From a virus (taxonomy: Duplodnaviria; Caudoviricetes): a stretch of DNA of 54,786 nt. The notes under the pieces are model-generated. The model saw only the letters and a list, made by a program, of their open reading frames with translations, did not search any database and had not been told where the DNA came from. Every line of letters starts with the position of its first letter. Within the stretch, counting starts at the first letter, position 1. The stretch lies in the IMG/VR virus record IMGVR_UViG_3300043446_002312, positions 1-54,786 of that record. One strand, written 5' to 3'. A program made the position numbers and the translations under genes. Shown piece after piece: positions 1 through 9,131 of this stretch.

Positions 1-324
1 GACTGAACCCCACTCAACAAGTACGGGCTTGCCGTTTTTAACGGCCCAGCCCATCTTCTTACCGTTTACCATTACAGGTTTGTTGCTTTTGACGTCGGAA
101 CCTTGCTTTTTAGCTTCGGCTTCGCCTTCTTCTTCTTGTTTGGTCTTTTTGCTTGAATCAAAGTCTTTTTCCCCGGTTCCACCCCCGACTTTGCGGCAGA
201 CACCAAAGACCATCTTTTCACCCTCCGGACAACCTTGGCCGTCGGCGAAGTTCCAGTCAACTATCTTGTAGTGAACGCCTTCAACCAGATGGTCAACGGA
301 CGGAAAATTAAAATTGCTTTGCAT
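1..324 (-). CDS. Hypothetical Lys/Glu-rich protein, 3'-partial; putative capsid-internal protein
   Basis: Not in the ORF track. ATG at 324, frame open to the window edge: MQSNFNFPSVDHLVEGVHYKIVDWNFADGQGCPEGEKMVFGVCRK... Confidence 0.75.
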   Translation of the reverse strand, partial: MQSNFNFPSVDHLVEGVHYKIVDWNFADGQGCPEGEKMVFGVCRKVGGGTGEKDFDSSKKTKQEEEGEAEAKKQGSDVKSNKPVMVNGKKMGWAVKNGKPVLVEWGSV

Positions 325-329
325 GGGAT

Positions 330-638
330 TCACCACTTAACTTTGTTGGCCCAATATGCGGCTGAAGATGGCCCTTTCGCGATGTTCTTTGCGTGACGTG
401 CTTTGAAGGCTTCTCTTCTCTTCCTGTAGGATTCTGACTCGCCTTCTTTCTTGGGGGATCCCTTAACGCCAGCTTGACCGAAACGAATTAGTTTCTGCTG
501 ACCGCCGTAGCAAGCTTTGACAACATGGCTGTGTCCGCCTTGTGTGTCCGCTTTAGGTTTGTTGCAGGCTAGATTGGCCTTTTCGGCGTAGTCTCGGTAG
601 AACTGCTCAAGAATTTCCTCAGAGAAAGAGCCCCACAT
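330..638 (-). CDS. Small basic phage protein (RFGQ...AFKARH...SAAYWANKVKW type)
   Basis: ORF coupled to its neighbour; C-terminal motif recognised from small phage proteins; function unknown. Confidence 0.75.
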   Translation of the reverse strand: MWGSFSEEILEQFYRDYAEKANLACNKPKADTQGGHSHVVKACYGGQQKLIRFGQAGVKGSPKKEGESESYRKRREAFKARHAKNIAKGPSSAAYWANKVKW

Positions 639-1198
639 CAGCCTTCCTCACCGAAGCGAATGTAGTCGCCAACACTTGCTAAAGCAACGCCAGCGTTTGC
701 GATCTTGGTAGCAGCCCATGGGGGCAGATTGTCCTCGGGATCGATTATATCGAGCATCGACTCGATTTTTTCCAGAGCAACGCGGAGCTGGGTGATGATC
801 ATTCCGCCATTGTTCTCAGTTGACTGAAGAACTTCGGAATAAGTTGAGTCGTTGACTGAGGCGTGCATGGCGAGTTGACCGTTCTTGTTAGCTGCTTTTT
901 TGATCACTTCCATGCGAGGCATCCGAATCGGTGTTCCCTCGTTCATCTGAGGGTTCTTTTCGTCGCCTTCGCCCGGTTCTTTCGGCAGATAGTTCGGTGT
1001 CATTTCCGCAGTGGCAATGTCACCTTCGCCGTGCTTTGACTCAAGAGGGACACAGTTTGGAACCGTCCTTCCACCTTTCTTCTTTACGCCGATGGCGTGA
1101 TAGCCTTTCCAGCAGGCTTTCTTAAGGCTGTCGCGAGCATCCTCTGAGAAACCAAGGCCCTCGAGCCGTTCCCAGTCGTAATTGTCAGGGTTCATCAT
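638..1198 (-). CDS. Hypothetical protein with CWKGY...KKKGGRTVPNCVP motif; putative internal head protein
   Basis: ATG at 1198 overlaps the upstream stop (ATGA); motif resembles those in myophage internal/hypothetical proteins. Confidence 0.7.
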   Translation of the reverse strand: MMNPDNYDWERLEGLGFSEDARDSLKKACWKGYHAIGVKKKGGRTVPNCVPLESKHGEGDIATAEMTPNYLPKEPGEGDEKNPQMNEGTPIRMPRMEVIKKAANKNGQLAMHASVNDSTYSEVLQSTENNGGMIITQLRVALEKIESMLDIIDPEDNLPPWAATKIANAGVALASVGDYIRFGEEG

Positions 1199-1461
1199 GA
1201 GTCTGTGCTCTTCCAAACGATTAGCTCTTTCTGGATATCCTCGACTTTTTCCGATAAACGCAAGTGGTCTTCACGAAGGGTGTACTTGATTGGAAGATCT
1301 GATCTTAGGTTATCAAGAACCATCTCCATCTTTTCCATGTGGCGAATGATCGTTCCGAACCTCTCGTCAATTCGCTTTCCATTTCGTTCTAGGACCCAAC
1401 CGATTCCGGTAACAGTCGTGACAACGGATGCTAAAACGCTTAAAAGAGCAACGGGTTCCAT
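1195..1461 (-). CDS. Small membrane-anchored coiled-coil protein (holin/lysis candidate)
   Basis: N-terminal hydrophobic helix followed by a heptad-like region. Confidence 0.55.
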   Translation of the reverse strand: MEPVALLSVLASVVTTVTGIGWVLERNGKRIDERFGTIIRHMEKMEMVLDNLRSDLPIKYTLREDHLRLSEKVEDIQKELIVWKSTDS

Positions 1462-1462
1462 A

Positions 1463-2188
1463 CTACTCCGGCAGACCTGATTGACCTGAGGCTAGACGGT
1501 CTTTTACGGACTGCGGCAAACCCGACTCCCAGCCGTGTTTCTTCGCGATACGAATGATGTTAGCCATGATTTGACGAGGATTTTTTCCTCTACCTACTGA
1601 AGACCAGGCGGCAGCAACGTCTTCCGGACTCGAGATCGGGAAAGACATCTCAGGGCCGGCGAACTCGCCCTTGACCCCGCCTGACTTGAGCTCCTTACGC
1701 TTCTCGGTGCTCCACTCGCGGTACTCAGCTTCTTTGCGCTTTTTATCGCGACAAACTGGGCAAGTTCCTCCGCATTTGCACTCAGCCATTGCGAAAGGTT
1801 GCGGGATAGCAAGAAGCTCCGAGTCCTGAGAATCGCCTTCGGCGAAGCCATACTCAGCTTGCTTGAGCTCCTTGAAGGAGGCCATTCGAGATTTCTTGCG
1901 ATCAAAAATCTCTTTCATTGCTTTGTTGCCATCGCAATTTTCGCAATACTCGCGGTTAACAAGGTTAGCCCGCTTTTCGCGATTGGCAGCGTTCATTTTC
2001 AGAACGGCCTCGTTGTGATGTGACATCCCGCCAGTAATGTCGGGAGCCCACTTCTTACCGGAGGCGTTCATCTCTTTCAACCTGTCCACGCTAATCGCAT
2101 TCGAGGCGTTAATGTTACCGCCCACGCCAGGAAGCGAAACGTCGGAGAAGTCGAGACGGGATCCGTACATACAGGGGGGTAGTGGCAA
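1463..2188 (-). CDS. Hypothetical Cys-containing protein; putative virion/internal protein (alternative start ATG 2170)
   Basis: 241-aa ORF; CxxC motifs; FPI...EDVAAAWSSVGR...NIIRIAKKHG motif; GGGTAAAA upstream. Confidence 0.7.
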   Translation of the reverse strand: MPLPPCMYGSRLDFSDVSLPGVGGNINASNAISVDRLKEMNASGKKWAPDITGGMSHHNEAVLKMNAANREKRANLVNREYCENCDGNKAMKEIFDRKKSRMASFKELKQAEYGFAEGDSQDSELLAIPQPFAMAECKCGGTCPVCRDKKRKEAEYREWSTEKRKELKSGGVKGEFAGPEMSFPISSPEDVAAAWSSVGRGKNPRQIMANIIRIAKKHGWESGLPQSVKDRLASGQSGLPE

Positions 2189-2196
2189 TACTTTCC

Positions 2197-2204
2197 TTTT
2201 ACCC
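2197..2204 (-). promoter_or_regulatory. Putative late promoter GGGTAAAA
   Basis: Repeated motif; contains the stop of the upstream gene. Confidence 0.65.
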
Positions 2205-2885
2205 TTTCATTGACAAGAGGGCGGCAACTGCGATATCTGAGAGAAGTTCCGCAACTCCGTCGAGGTTTTCCTCCGCAAATGCCATCTCTCGTGGTTTAAC
2301 CAGGGCAAGAAGTTTATTCGTGTCTTCTCTCGACCTTTCGAGTATTCCTTGCACAATCTTTCTGGGGGTGGGCAACTTACCACCTACCACAGCGGTTGTT
2401 ATACCCGTAACTTCCCCCGCCAATACGGGTGCTGCCAGCTGCACGTATTTAGCAGCTTCTGCTGCGTCAAGTGCTGTTTCAAGCCCCCCGTGCGCTGTCT
2501 TACCCAGGTAGGCTGCGGTAGTTTCTGTGATTAACTTCTTAACAAAACCATCCGCGTTTTGAAGATGTTTTGCTTCAAAAGCGGTTGCAGTCACCGCTTG
2601 AATAACAGTTTCTGCAATTTTTGCCGAAGCTTCGCGGGGGATCCCGTAGTGCGACTCCAGAAAACCGGAAACGGCTGGTGCAAGGATTTTCCCGGTCTTC
2701 CAGGCAACTACTCCCTTAGCACCGTGCTCAGCAATGTGAACACCGTGAGTTTTAACATAGTCCCTCATCTTCCCAAGAGAAGAGTTGATCTTCGAGGGGA
2801 AACCATTCTTACACCGTTTATTCTTACTGATACACGTTGCAGCGCAGGATTTACCTTGAGTGCAACGTTTTCTTGCTTTTGCCAT
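2199..2885 (-). CDS. Hypothetical protein with N-terminal 4-Cys module and an Ala/Gly-rich helical domain
   Basis: KRCTQGKSCAATCISKNKRC module shared with the 4363-5967 protein. Confidence 0.7.
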   Translation of the reverse strand: MAKARKRCTQGKSCAATCISKNKRCKNGFPSKINSSLGKMRDYVKTHGVHIAEHGAKGVVAWKTGKILAPAVSGFLESHYGIPREASAKIAETVIQAVTATAFEAKHLQNADGFVKKLITETTAAYLGKTAHGGLETALDAAEAAKYVQLAAPVLAGEVTGITTAVVGGKLPTPRKIVQGILERSREDTNKLLALVKPREMAFAEENLDGVAELLSDIAVAALLSMKG

Positions 2886-3205
2886 TAGGAACCCTCAGGT
2901 TCTTCGTTACTTTTGCGGCGGCGAGTTACTTGCTCGACCACAGAAGCGGCAGCTGCGGGAGCTGCGGGAACCAGAAGCGCCAGTAGAGTTGTTAACGCCA
3001 ATTTACTCGTTTCGGAGAAACTTGCATTCGCTTGGCTGCAGACTAGAGTTGTACGCTCTGCCTCCACAAAACTGTTTGAAAGTTTGAAACAATTGGCGAA
3101 TTGCGCGCCAGTAGATGCGAACTGAATTAAGAAGATAATGACGAGGCTCCGAATCAGAAAGCGCCGCTCATTAAAATTATTCGTCGTCTTCGTCAGCAGA
3201 CCCAT
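2885..3205 (-). CDS. Small two-TM membrane protein (holin/spanin candidate)
   Basis: Two hydrophobic segments (FLIRSLVIIFLIQF; LALTTLLALLVP) and a charged C-terminus. Confidence 0.55.
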   Translation of the reverse strand: MGLLTKTTNNFNERRFLIRSLVIIFLIQFASTGAQFANCFKLSNSFVEAERTTLVCSQANASFSETSKLALTTLLALLVPAAPAAAASVVEQVTRRRKSNEEPEGS

Positions 3206-3539
3206 CGTCTCCCTCCGTTCTAATTTCGTTTAGGATTTCATCAATGAGGGTGTCAATCTCTTCCTCGGAAAGTTCCTCGTCCTCGGAGACTTCCTCACCG
3301 TCGTAGTATGTTTCTGGCTTGAAAGGTTGTTTCAGGTCGTCATCGGGACCTTTTCCGCTAGGGTAACGCCAAAGGCCAGTATGCTCAATCCAGGGAGAAG
3401 TGTTCGAGATTTCACCTGCAGGCAAGCCTGTGAAAGCATCGACGTCTTGATCTTCAGGAGTCATTAAGCGAGAAGCGTAAGCATCGCGAAATGCTTCAAC
3501 GGCGTCCATGTCAAAGTCGCCTCCAATTCTGTTGCTCAT
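3177..3539 (-). CDS. Hypothetical acidic protein
   Basis: 120-aa ORF with an acidic tail; GGGTAAAA 27 nt upstream. Confidence 0.7.
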   Translation of the reverse strand: MSNRIGGDFDMDAVEAFRDAYASRLMTPEDQDVDAFTGLPAGEISNTSPWIEHTGLWRYPSGKGPDDDLKQPFKPETYYDGEEVSEDEELSEEEIDTLIDEILNEIRTEGDDGSADEDDE

Positions 3540-3566
3540 TTGTCGGTTGTTGTTGAACTGCCCTTA

Positions 3567-3574
3567 TTTTACCC
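3567..3574 (-). promoter_or_regulatory. Putative late promoter GGGTAAAA
   Basis: 27 nt above ATG 3539. Confidence 0.7.
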
Positions 3575-3577
3575 TTT

Positions 3578-4024
3578 TCAACGTTTCTTTAATTTCCCTG
3601 AGGTGTCTTGAAGTATTTTGCTGTTCCCCATCAATTTTTCCTCATATTCTTTCAATTTCGTCTTAACTTCGGCCTTCATCATGCCTTCCTGCAGAAGCTT
3701 TTCTTTCTTCGCTTCCAGGACCTCTGGTGAATGTGGCTCGTTCTTCTCTCGCTCTTTCTTCGCTTTCTCCTTACCTTTCTGCATTGTCTTCGCAGCTTTC
3801 TCACGCTTGGCAAGTTCATCCTTGTGAACGATGTTTCCTTGCTTATCAAACTCGTGGTCGGTGGGAAGTTCCGGAGGAGTGTACTCCTGGTGAATCTCTT
3901 GCGTTAGTCGGTCAAGAAGTTGATCGTAAGAGTCGCGCAAACGCCGTCTGCAAACGCCGGCAGCAGCCACAGTCATCGGGCCACAGGGAACTCTATGCTG
4001 GGAAATTTCTTCGAGTGCGTTCAT
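3578..4024 (-). CDS. Hypothetical Lys/Glu-rich protein
   Basis: 148-aa ORF in an operon-like arrangement. Confidence 0.7.
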   Translation of the reverse strand: MNALEEISQHRVPCGPMTVAAAGVCRRRLRDSYDQLLDRLTQEIHQEYTPPELPTDHEFDKQGNIVHKDELAKREKAAKTMQKGKEKAKKEREKNEPHSPEVLEAKKEKLLQEGMMKAEVKTKLKEYEEKLMGNSKILQDTSGKLKKR

Positions 4025-4025
4025 G

Positions 4026-4358
4026 TCAAGCTCCTGATCGTGGGCGAATGCGGCCGTCGTTGTGGTGGTCGTAGTGAATTCCTTTCTTCTTTTCTTTGCG
4101 AGGATTTGAATCTTGACGGTTTGTTTCTCGCATTGACTGGATCATTGTGTCACGCATGTCACGCAATTGTTGTCGAGGCAAGGTGCAATGATCGCTGTCA
4201 CGATAGGAACGATACCACCGACAGACTTCCGAGGGGTCGTCAGCCTGAAGCATCATATTCCACACTCCGAGGGCTTGCGCGTCCGCCAGAGTTCCGGGTT
4301 TCAGTTTGGCCTCAATCTCGTGCCGCTCGGGGCGATTGAATCGGGTGTCTTTACGCAT
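4026..4358 (-). CDS. Hypothetical protein
   Basis: ATG at 4358 (MRKDTRF) lies just after the upstream stop at 4363. Confidence 0.65.
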   Translation of the reverse strand: MRKDTRFNRPERHEIEAKLKPGTLADAQALGVWNMMLQADDPSEVCRWYRSYRDSDHCTLPRQQLRDMRDTMIQSMRETNRQDSNPRKEKKKGIHYDHHNDGRIRPRSGA

Positions 4359-4362
4359 AATT

Positions 4363-5967
4363 TTACAGGTAGGATCCGAGATTGGGAACAAACTCGTTCA
4401 AGAGGGAGGCAAGACTATCCCCATACTCTTTACTCTTTTGACCCTGCAAACTCAAGCGTGCGGCATTGTCGCCTCTTACGGATGAAGCTTCTGAGTCAGT
4501 TAGAATCCGAGCCTTTCGTAATTCTTCCAGGCGTTCTTTCAGGGACTCGCGTTTAGCTGGGTCAATAGCGGATAGTGCGATAAGAACGGCTGTACTCGGC
4601 TTAACGTTAGTTCCAGGAAGTTTGGGAACGCCATTGTTCATAAAGGCTGGTTTACCGCCCAATCTGTGGTCAAGGTCACGGTCCTGGTGTTGCCAGCCAA
4701 CTCCAGCTGCGCGAACCAAGTAGCGAACTTTATCCCCATATGACTCTACAAGTTTGCGAGTTGTAGCCACACGCTCTTCAGGAGAAGTAGAACTCAGAGC
4801 ATTCGCTAAATCGGTTGGTGCCGCCCCTTTCTTGCCCTTGGTTGCCTCCGATTCCTGTAAAGCGGGTTTGTATATTTCGTTGTCGTAACGGTCTTTACCC
4901 ATTGCCCGGTATTCTTCCAGATTCTTCTTCCAGGTGACGAAGTTGTCGTCCGCCCCCGCCTTCTGGTTGTTAGGTTGAGGCGCCGCCCAAAGAAGATTCC
5001 TGGGCTGATCACCACCACCGCCTTTTGCAAGAGCGTGGGCAAACGCAACCATATGCTCAGGTTCCGCGTTCCGGATATCGATGGGTCTCCCGGTGTAAGG
5101 GTCTAGGCCACCCTGCTCCATCCACCGTTTCACAAGGAAGATTCCCCTTTCCCGTGTAGGTTTGTCAGTAAAGGTTGGGTTTCCATTGCTGTCGTCGCCC
5201 CCGTACATTACGGCGGTTCCCTTCACTGCCCCCGCTTTGTCGATCGCGGATCTAACTTTCGAGGGGAGCATGTAATAGGCGGCTTCGGCAACCTCATCAG
5301 AAATTTCGTGTTTCAGGAAAGTGGACTTAATCAAGTCACCCATTCCGCCTTTCTGGGAGGGATCGAATTTACCGTCCGCGCTGAAAGATTTCTGATACGC
5401 TTGCTCCAAGGCTTCAAGTCTACCGGGCTTGAGTGCAGCCTCGATATCTTCGAAACTCATCTTGCGAACAATATTACGGTCTTGGCCAGGGGTGATAATA
5501 GTGCTGACAAGAAGTTTTGCCACCCCGTCTGCTTCTGAGTCGGTGGCTTTTCCAGAGTCAAGTAAATTCTTAAACGTTGTGAACGCTTTTGTCTGGGATT
5601 GTTCCAGTTCTTTAACTTTTTCTACGACTTCTTCGGCGGTCTCTTCAGTAACTCTGCCGCCTTCCACCTGTTCCGACAGAATCTTGGAAACTCTGCTCAA
5701 GGCAGCCCCAACAGAGGGGCTCAGGCCCACTAAACAGTCATCGTTAATGTGGATACATGTTGCGTTACATTTCTTCCCGATCGAGCATCTTTTCTGCTTT
5801 CCACCAACGGCTTTTTCGTTCGCCTGACGAATAGCAGAAGCAGTTGGACCCTCTGATTTGAGGGAAGCCGCTGGTTTTTCTCTAACCTCGGCCAAGAGGG
5901 CATCCAAATTGTCGTCTGAATAACCTTTTGACCCTGCAAAGTCAAACCAGCGATACTTACTTCCCAT
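4363..5967 (-). CDS. HNH-nuclease-domain protein with N-terminal 4-Cys module
   Basis: EQGGLDPYTGRPID...EPEHMVAF...DQPRNLLWAAPQPNNQK fits the beta-beta-alpha-Me/HNH pattern (Cas9-HNH-like flavour). Confidence 0.65.
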   Translation of the reverse strand: MGSKYRWFDFAGSKGYSDDNLDALLAEVREKPAASLKSEGPTASAIRQANEKAVGGKQKRCSIGKKCNATCIHINDDCLVGLSPSVGAALSRVSKILSEQVEGGRVTEETAEEVVEKVKELEQSQTKAFTTFKNLLDSGKATDSEADGVAKLLVSTIITPGQDRNIVRKMSFEDIEAALKPGRLEALEQAYQKSFSADGKFDPSQKGGMGDLIKSTFLKHEISDEVAEAAYYMLPSKVRSAIDKAGAVKGTAVMYGGDDSNGNPTFTDKPTRERGIFLVKRWMEQGGLDPYTGRPIDIRNAEPEHMVAFAHALAKGGGGDQPRNLLWAAPQPNNQKAGADDNFVTWKKNLEEYRAMGKDRYDNEIYKPALQESEATKGKKGAAPTDLANALSSTSPEERVATTRKLVESYGDKVRYLVRAAGVGWQHQDRDLDHRLGGKPAFMNNGVPKLPGTNVKPSTAVLIALSAIDPAKRESLKERLEELRKARILTDSEASSVRGDNAARLSLQGQKSKEYGDSLASLLNEFVPNLGSYL

Positions 5968-5972
5968 TGCAA

Positions 5973-6794
5973 TCAGTCTTCGTAACGGTCTAAGATGTGA
6001 GCGATAACGGAGTTGCGAACGATATCCTCTTTCGAGAACTCTACAATCCCAACTTCCGACAGGTGGCGTAGTCGGTGAATAGCGTCGACCAAGCCATTCT
6101 CCCTTCGAAACACTTCCATATCGGTCTGCTTCGTATCCCCGATCAGAAGGATCTTCGAATCTTTGCCGACACGGGTCAGAACAGTTTTGATTTGAGAAGG
6201 GAGGAAGTTTTGAGCCTCATCCACAATGATGAAAGCCTCATTGAGCGACCGTCCCCGAATGTCTTCCAGGAGAACAGGCTCGATAATTTTCTTGTTCAGC
6301 AGGTACTCGCTTGCGCCATGCGACTTCATGATGCAGGGCAAGTTGTCAAGAACAGGCGCAATCAGGGGTGCGATCTTCTCGGAAAGGTCTCCAGGAAGTG
6401 CTCCGCGCCCACGCTGGAATTCAACACCTACGTCACTTCGAACGTAGTATACTTTGTCGAAATCGCCTGAGGCGACACCAAACAATCCGTAATGCAACGC
6501 AATCAGCGTTTTCCCAGTTCCGGCGCAGCCATGGGCGAGAGTAACAGTGTTTTTCTTGAGGGAATTCCACAGATCTTCTTGCCGCCAAGTCAGAAACTTG
6601 GGAGGCATAACATCCATTCCTTTATGGTAGGATTGTTCTAGCATCTGGGCATTTTCAGCACGGCGGGCCTTGCGCTTTGTCTTTGAATCTAACATGTTTA
6701 AAGGGGTGATACAGTCGGTGGGTAGGTCATACACTTTGCTGCTTAACAGGATTACATCCTTATCACCCCCTTCAGAACTAATGGAACGAGTCAT
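5973..6794 (-). CDS. phoH: PhoH-family ATPase (alternative start ATG 6695)
   Basis: GCAGTGKT Walker A, LPGDLSEK, RGRSL, IIVDEAQN, GDTKQTD, IVRN. Confidence 0.95.
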   Translation of the reverse strand: MTRSISSEGGDKDVILLSSKVYDLPTDCITPLNMLDSKTKRKARRAENAQMLEQSYHKGMDVMPPKFLTWRQEDLWNSLKKNTVTLAHGCAGTGKTLIALHYGLFGVASGDFDKVYYVRSDVGVEFQRGRGALPGDLSEKIAPLIAPVLDNLPCIMKSHGASEYLLNKKIIEPVLLEDIRGRSLNEAFIIVDEAQNFLPSQIKTVLTRVGKDSKILLIGDTKQTDMEVFRRENGLVDAIHRLRHLSEVGIVEFSKEDIVRNSVIAHILDRYED

Positions 6795-6821
6795 GGTTGG
6801 AAGGGCAACTCGTACAGTGAA

Positions 6822-6829
6822 TTTTACCC
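6822..6829 (-). promoter_or_regulatory. Putative late promoter GGGTAAAA
   Basis: Upstream of phoH. Confidence 0.7.
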
Positions 6830-6865
6830 TACAGCATCCACCACTGGTCCCACTCGTTCAATTCT

Positions 6866-7063
6866 CTAATGAAGTCGCTCTGCGAAGTCATCGAATCCAC
6901 CTTTTCCGCCACACCATCGGGAGTATCGATCGTCTGGCACGTTGTATTGTTTGTCCTTTGCTTTTGTCAAATACATGTCAGCCATTGGCGAAGTTGCCAA
7001 TACCACAGTGCCGTGCTCGGCACGCATAATTTCACTGTTAAAGTCAGTCGGATGAATAGCCAT
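6866..7063 (-). CDS. Small hypothetical protein
   Basis: ATG at 7063 (MAIHPTDFNSE...), about 65 aa. Confidence 0.55.
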   Translation of the reverse strand: MAIHPTDFNSEIMRAEHGTVVLATSPMADMYLTKAKDKQYNVPDDRYSRWCGGKGGFDDFAERLH

Positions 7064-7117
7064 GGTAATCTGTTGTAAACAACAGCAACTTTTTAGGCGG
7101 TTACCAATCGCCAAACT

Positions 7118-8851
7118 TCACTCGTAACCGAGCCGACCTCTTCCACCCCGTCTTCCGCTCACGAAAGGTGAACGAGCGTCGACACCCATCGTTGAAGCGT
7201 CGTAGTCCGGGTCGTTAATTGCAGTGTCACCAGAGAACAACTTCTGCCGCCCCGTTCGAATTTCCCCAAAGACTGACTTATCGCCGAGTCCCTCGCGAAG
7301 TAAATCCCCTTTGAATCGTTTGTTCTGAATAATCGTTTCCTGTAGGCCACGATCAACAACGTCCATTTTCATCGCATAGTAAGTGAGCGCCCAAGCAAAA
7401 GCATCCGTACTGTCGTCATGACGAACAAACGGAAATGCGGTCAATTCCTTAATAAATGCGTCGGTCCAGTATCCCTGAACCAGTTTAACTCGGCTGTTCT
7501 CCAGTAAAGGACAAATGGCTTGAAGTCGCGTAGTCTTCGACTTCAGCGGTCGCATCTCTTCGATCGGAACTTTTGCTTCCTTTCGAAGAACTTGAATGAG
7601 TGAGTGACCGGAAGCAGCTTTTTCAATGCAAAGAACTTTTGCCTGATAGTATGTGTAGTTTTGCTTCACGGCTTCAACCAAGTCTGGGAAACCCCATCGA
7701 CCCTTTACGATCTCCCGAATGTATATCACAGTTGGCTCTCGCATGCTAATTCCAGCCACGCAGATCGCCGTTTCATCCGCCATCTGTTTCTCAGAGAAGG
7801 CGCAGTCAGCCGCGAGCCACACAACATCAAGTGGCGGGCAATCTTCCTCGTCTACAACTTCGATCCAACTGTTCTTGACAATCTGCCCTTCTGCGGCAAC
7901 GGGAACGCCTTGATAGAGAGCCGCAAATTTGAAGCTGCCCATGATCTTCTTCTGCGACTCAAGCATCGGCACAGAAAAAGTCGGGTTCTCGGCCCAATGC
8001 GACTCACCAATTTCACGCTGAAGTGGATCCGTAGAGGGGTCTTCGCAAAGTCCTGCAATATTGATCCAACGCCAACCAAACGGGTTGTGAACCTCGTCAT
8101 AGAGACCATCGCCATCCATCAGAACGCCGTGCAGATCTTTCTCGTGGAAACGAGTTGCGATAACCATCTGGCAGTAATGGTTGGTTCTTCGGGTGGATGC
8201 CTGCTCTTGCCACCAAGACTCAAGGTTGTCAAGTGCTTGTTTTGAGTCCGAGGATTTCAGCGGGTCGTCAATCACCATGGCGCCAACGCCAGGGCTGTCC
8301 ATATCCGTTGTTCCGGCGGTGAAACCAGTTAGCACCCCGCCGACGGATGTCGCAAGAATGTAACCTCCGCCGACCATGTCATATTTTGAGTCGGGGGAGA
8401 ATCCAAGCCATTCGGGAAACACCCGCTTGAACTCCTTCGACTTCATCATGTGAACTACTTCACGGTGAAATTTGAAGGAGAGGGACGCACCGTAAGAGGC
8501 AATGACGTGCTGAGTCTTCTGGTCCCTTCCGAGAAGCCAAGCCAGGAACATGGTTGCAAGCATTGACTTTCCCGATCGTGGCGGGCAGGAAACAATCAAT
8601 CGCTTGTATCTTCTCGTAGCAAGATCTTCAAATGCCGAGCCAATCAGCTCGTGAAAAGGGGCAACCTGGAGGTCGCCATGCTTCATGATGTCACAAAAAG
8701 CAAGGAAGCAATCTCGGGCAGCCTTGTATCGAAACTCTTGAATCACCATGCGTGGTGCTTCCATGAGCGTTAGTTCACGTATGCCTCGCTGGTATTTTCT
8801 CCACGAGCTGTGTTCTTCGAGCTGGCTGGCTTTCGTGATGATAGGGCGCAT
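7118..8851 (-). CDS. terL: Terminase large subunit
   Basis: CPPRSGKS Walker A, VIDDPLK Walker B, ATRFHEKDL, ALYQG; C-terminal RNase H-like nuclease (AADCA, IEKAASG, HDDSTDA). Confidence 0.95.
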   Translation of the reverse strand: MRPIITKASQLEEHSSWRKYQRGIRELTLMEAPRMVIQEFRYKAARDCFLAFCDIMKHGDLQVAPFHELIGSAFEDLATRRYKRLIVSCPPRSGKSMLATMFLAWLLGRDQKTQHVIASYGASLSFKFHREVVHMMKSKEFKRVFPEWLGFSPDSKYDMVGGGYILATSVGGVLTGFTAGTTDMDSPGVGAMVIDDPLKSSDSKQALDNLESWWQEQASTRRTNHYCQMVIATRFHEKDLHGVLMDGDGLYDEVHNPFGWRWINIAGLCEDPSTDPLQREIGESHWAENPTFSVPMLESQKKIMGSFKFAALYQGVPVAAEGQIVKNSWIEVVDEEDCPPLDVVWLAADCAFSEKQMADETAICVAGISMREPTVIYIREIVKGRWGFPDLVEAVKQNYTYYQAKVLCIEKAASGHSLIQVLRKEAKVPIEEMRPLKSKTTRLQAICPLLENSRVKLVQGYWTDAFIKELTAFPFVRHDDSTDAFAWALTYYAMKMDVVDRGLQETIIQNKRFKGDLLREGLGDKSVFGEIRTGRQKLFSGDTAINDPDYDASTMGVDARSPFVSGRRGGRGRLGYE

Positions 8852-8852
8852 A

Positions 8853-9131
8853 TCAATCCCCCGTCAGTTTCTTCAGAAGCTCGCCAACTTTCCCGTCGTA
8901 TGCGACGGCAAGCTCTTGCTCGCTCTTTGAATCAATCTGGGTGAGGGAAACGATGTCCGAAGTAATTTCTCTGTGCGCTTTGATCGCGCTGTTAAAGATG
9001 GAAACCAGGTCACGAGTGGAGCACTCTTCCATCTGATTGGCAAGCTGATCCAGAGCATCTTTCGCCACAAGAAGGGTGTCTTGGGCCAGAATCTCTTTCT
9101 GCTTAATAATGTCTTCGCGTGATTTAGCCAT
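8853..9131 (-). CDS. Probable terminase small subunit
   Basis: Small helical ORF immediately upstream of terL; positional inference only. Confidence 0.5.
   Translation of the reverse strand: MAKSREDIIKQKEILAQDTLLVAKDALDQLANQMEECSTRDLVSIFNSAIKAHREITSDIVSLTQIDSKSEQELAVAYDGKVGELLKKLTGD

Noticed and set aside
4363-5967. Cas9/IscB-like RNA-guided nuclease
   Set aside because: Only an HNH-like motif is visible; no RuvC motifs, bridge helix or adjacent non-coding RNA space
6829-6891. 20-codon ORF MTSQSDFIRELNEWDQWWML overlapping the end of the 6866-7063 gene
   Set aside because: Too short and unsupported by an SD or a recognisable motif
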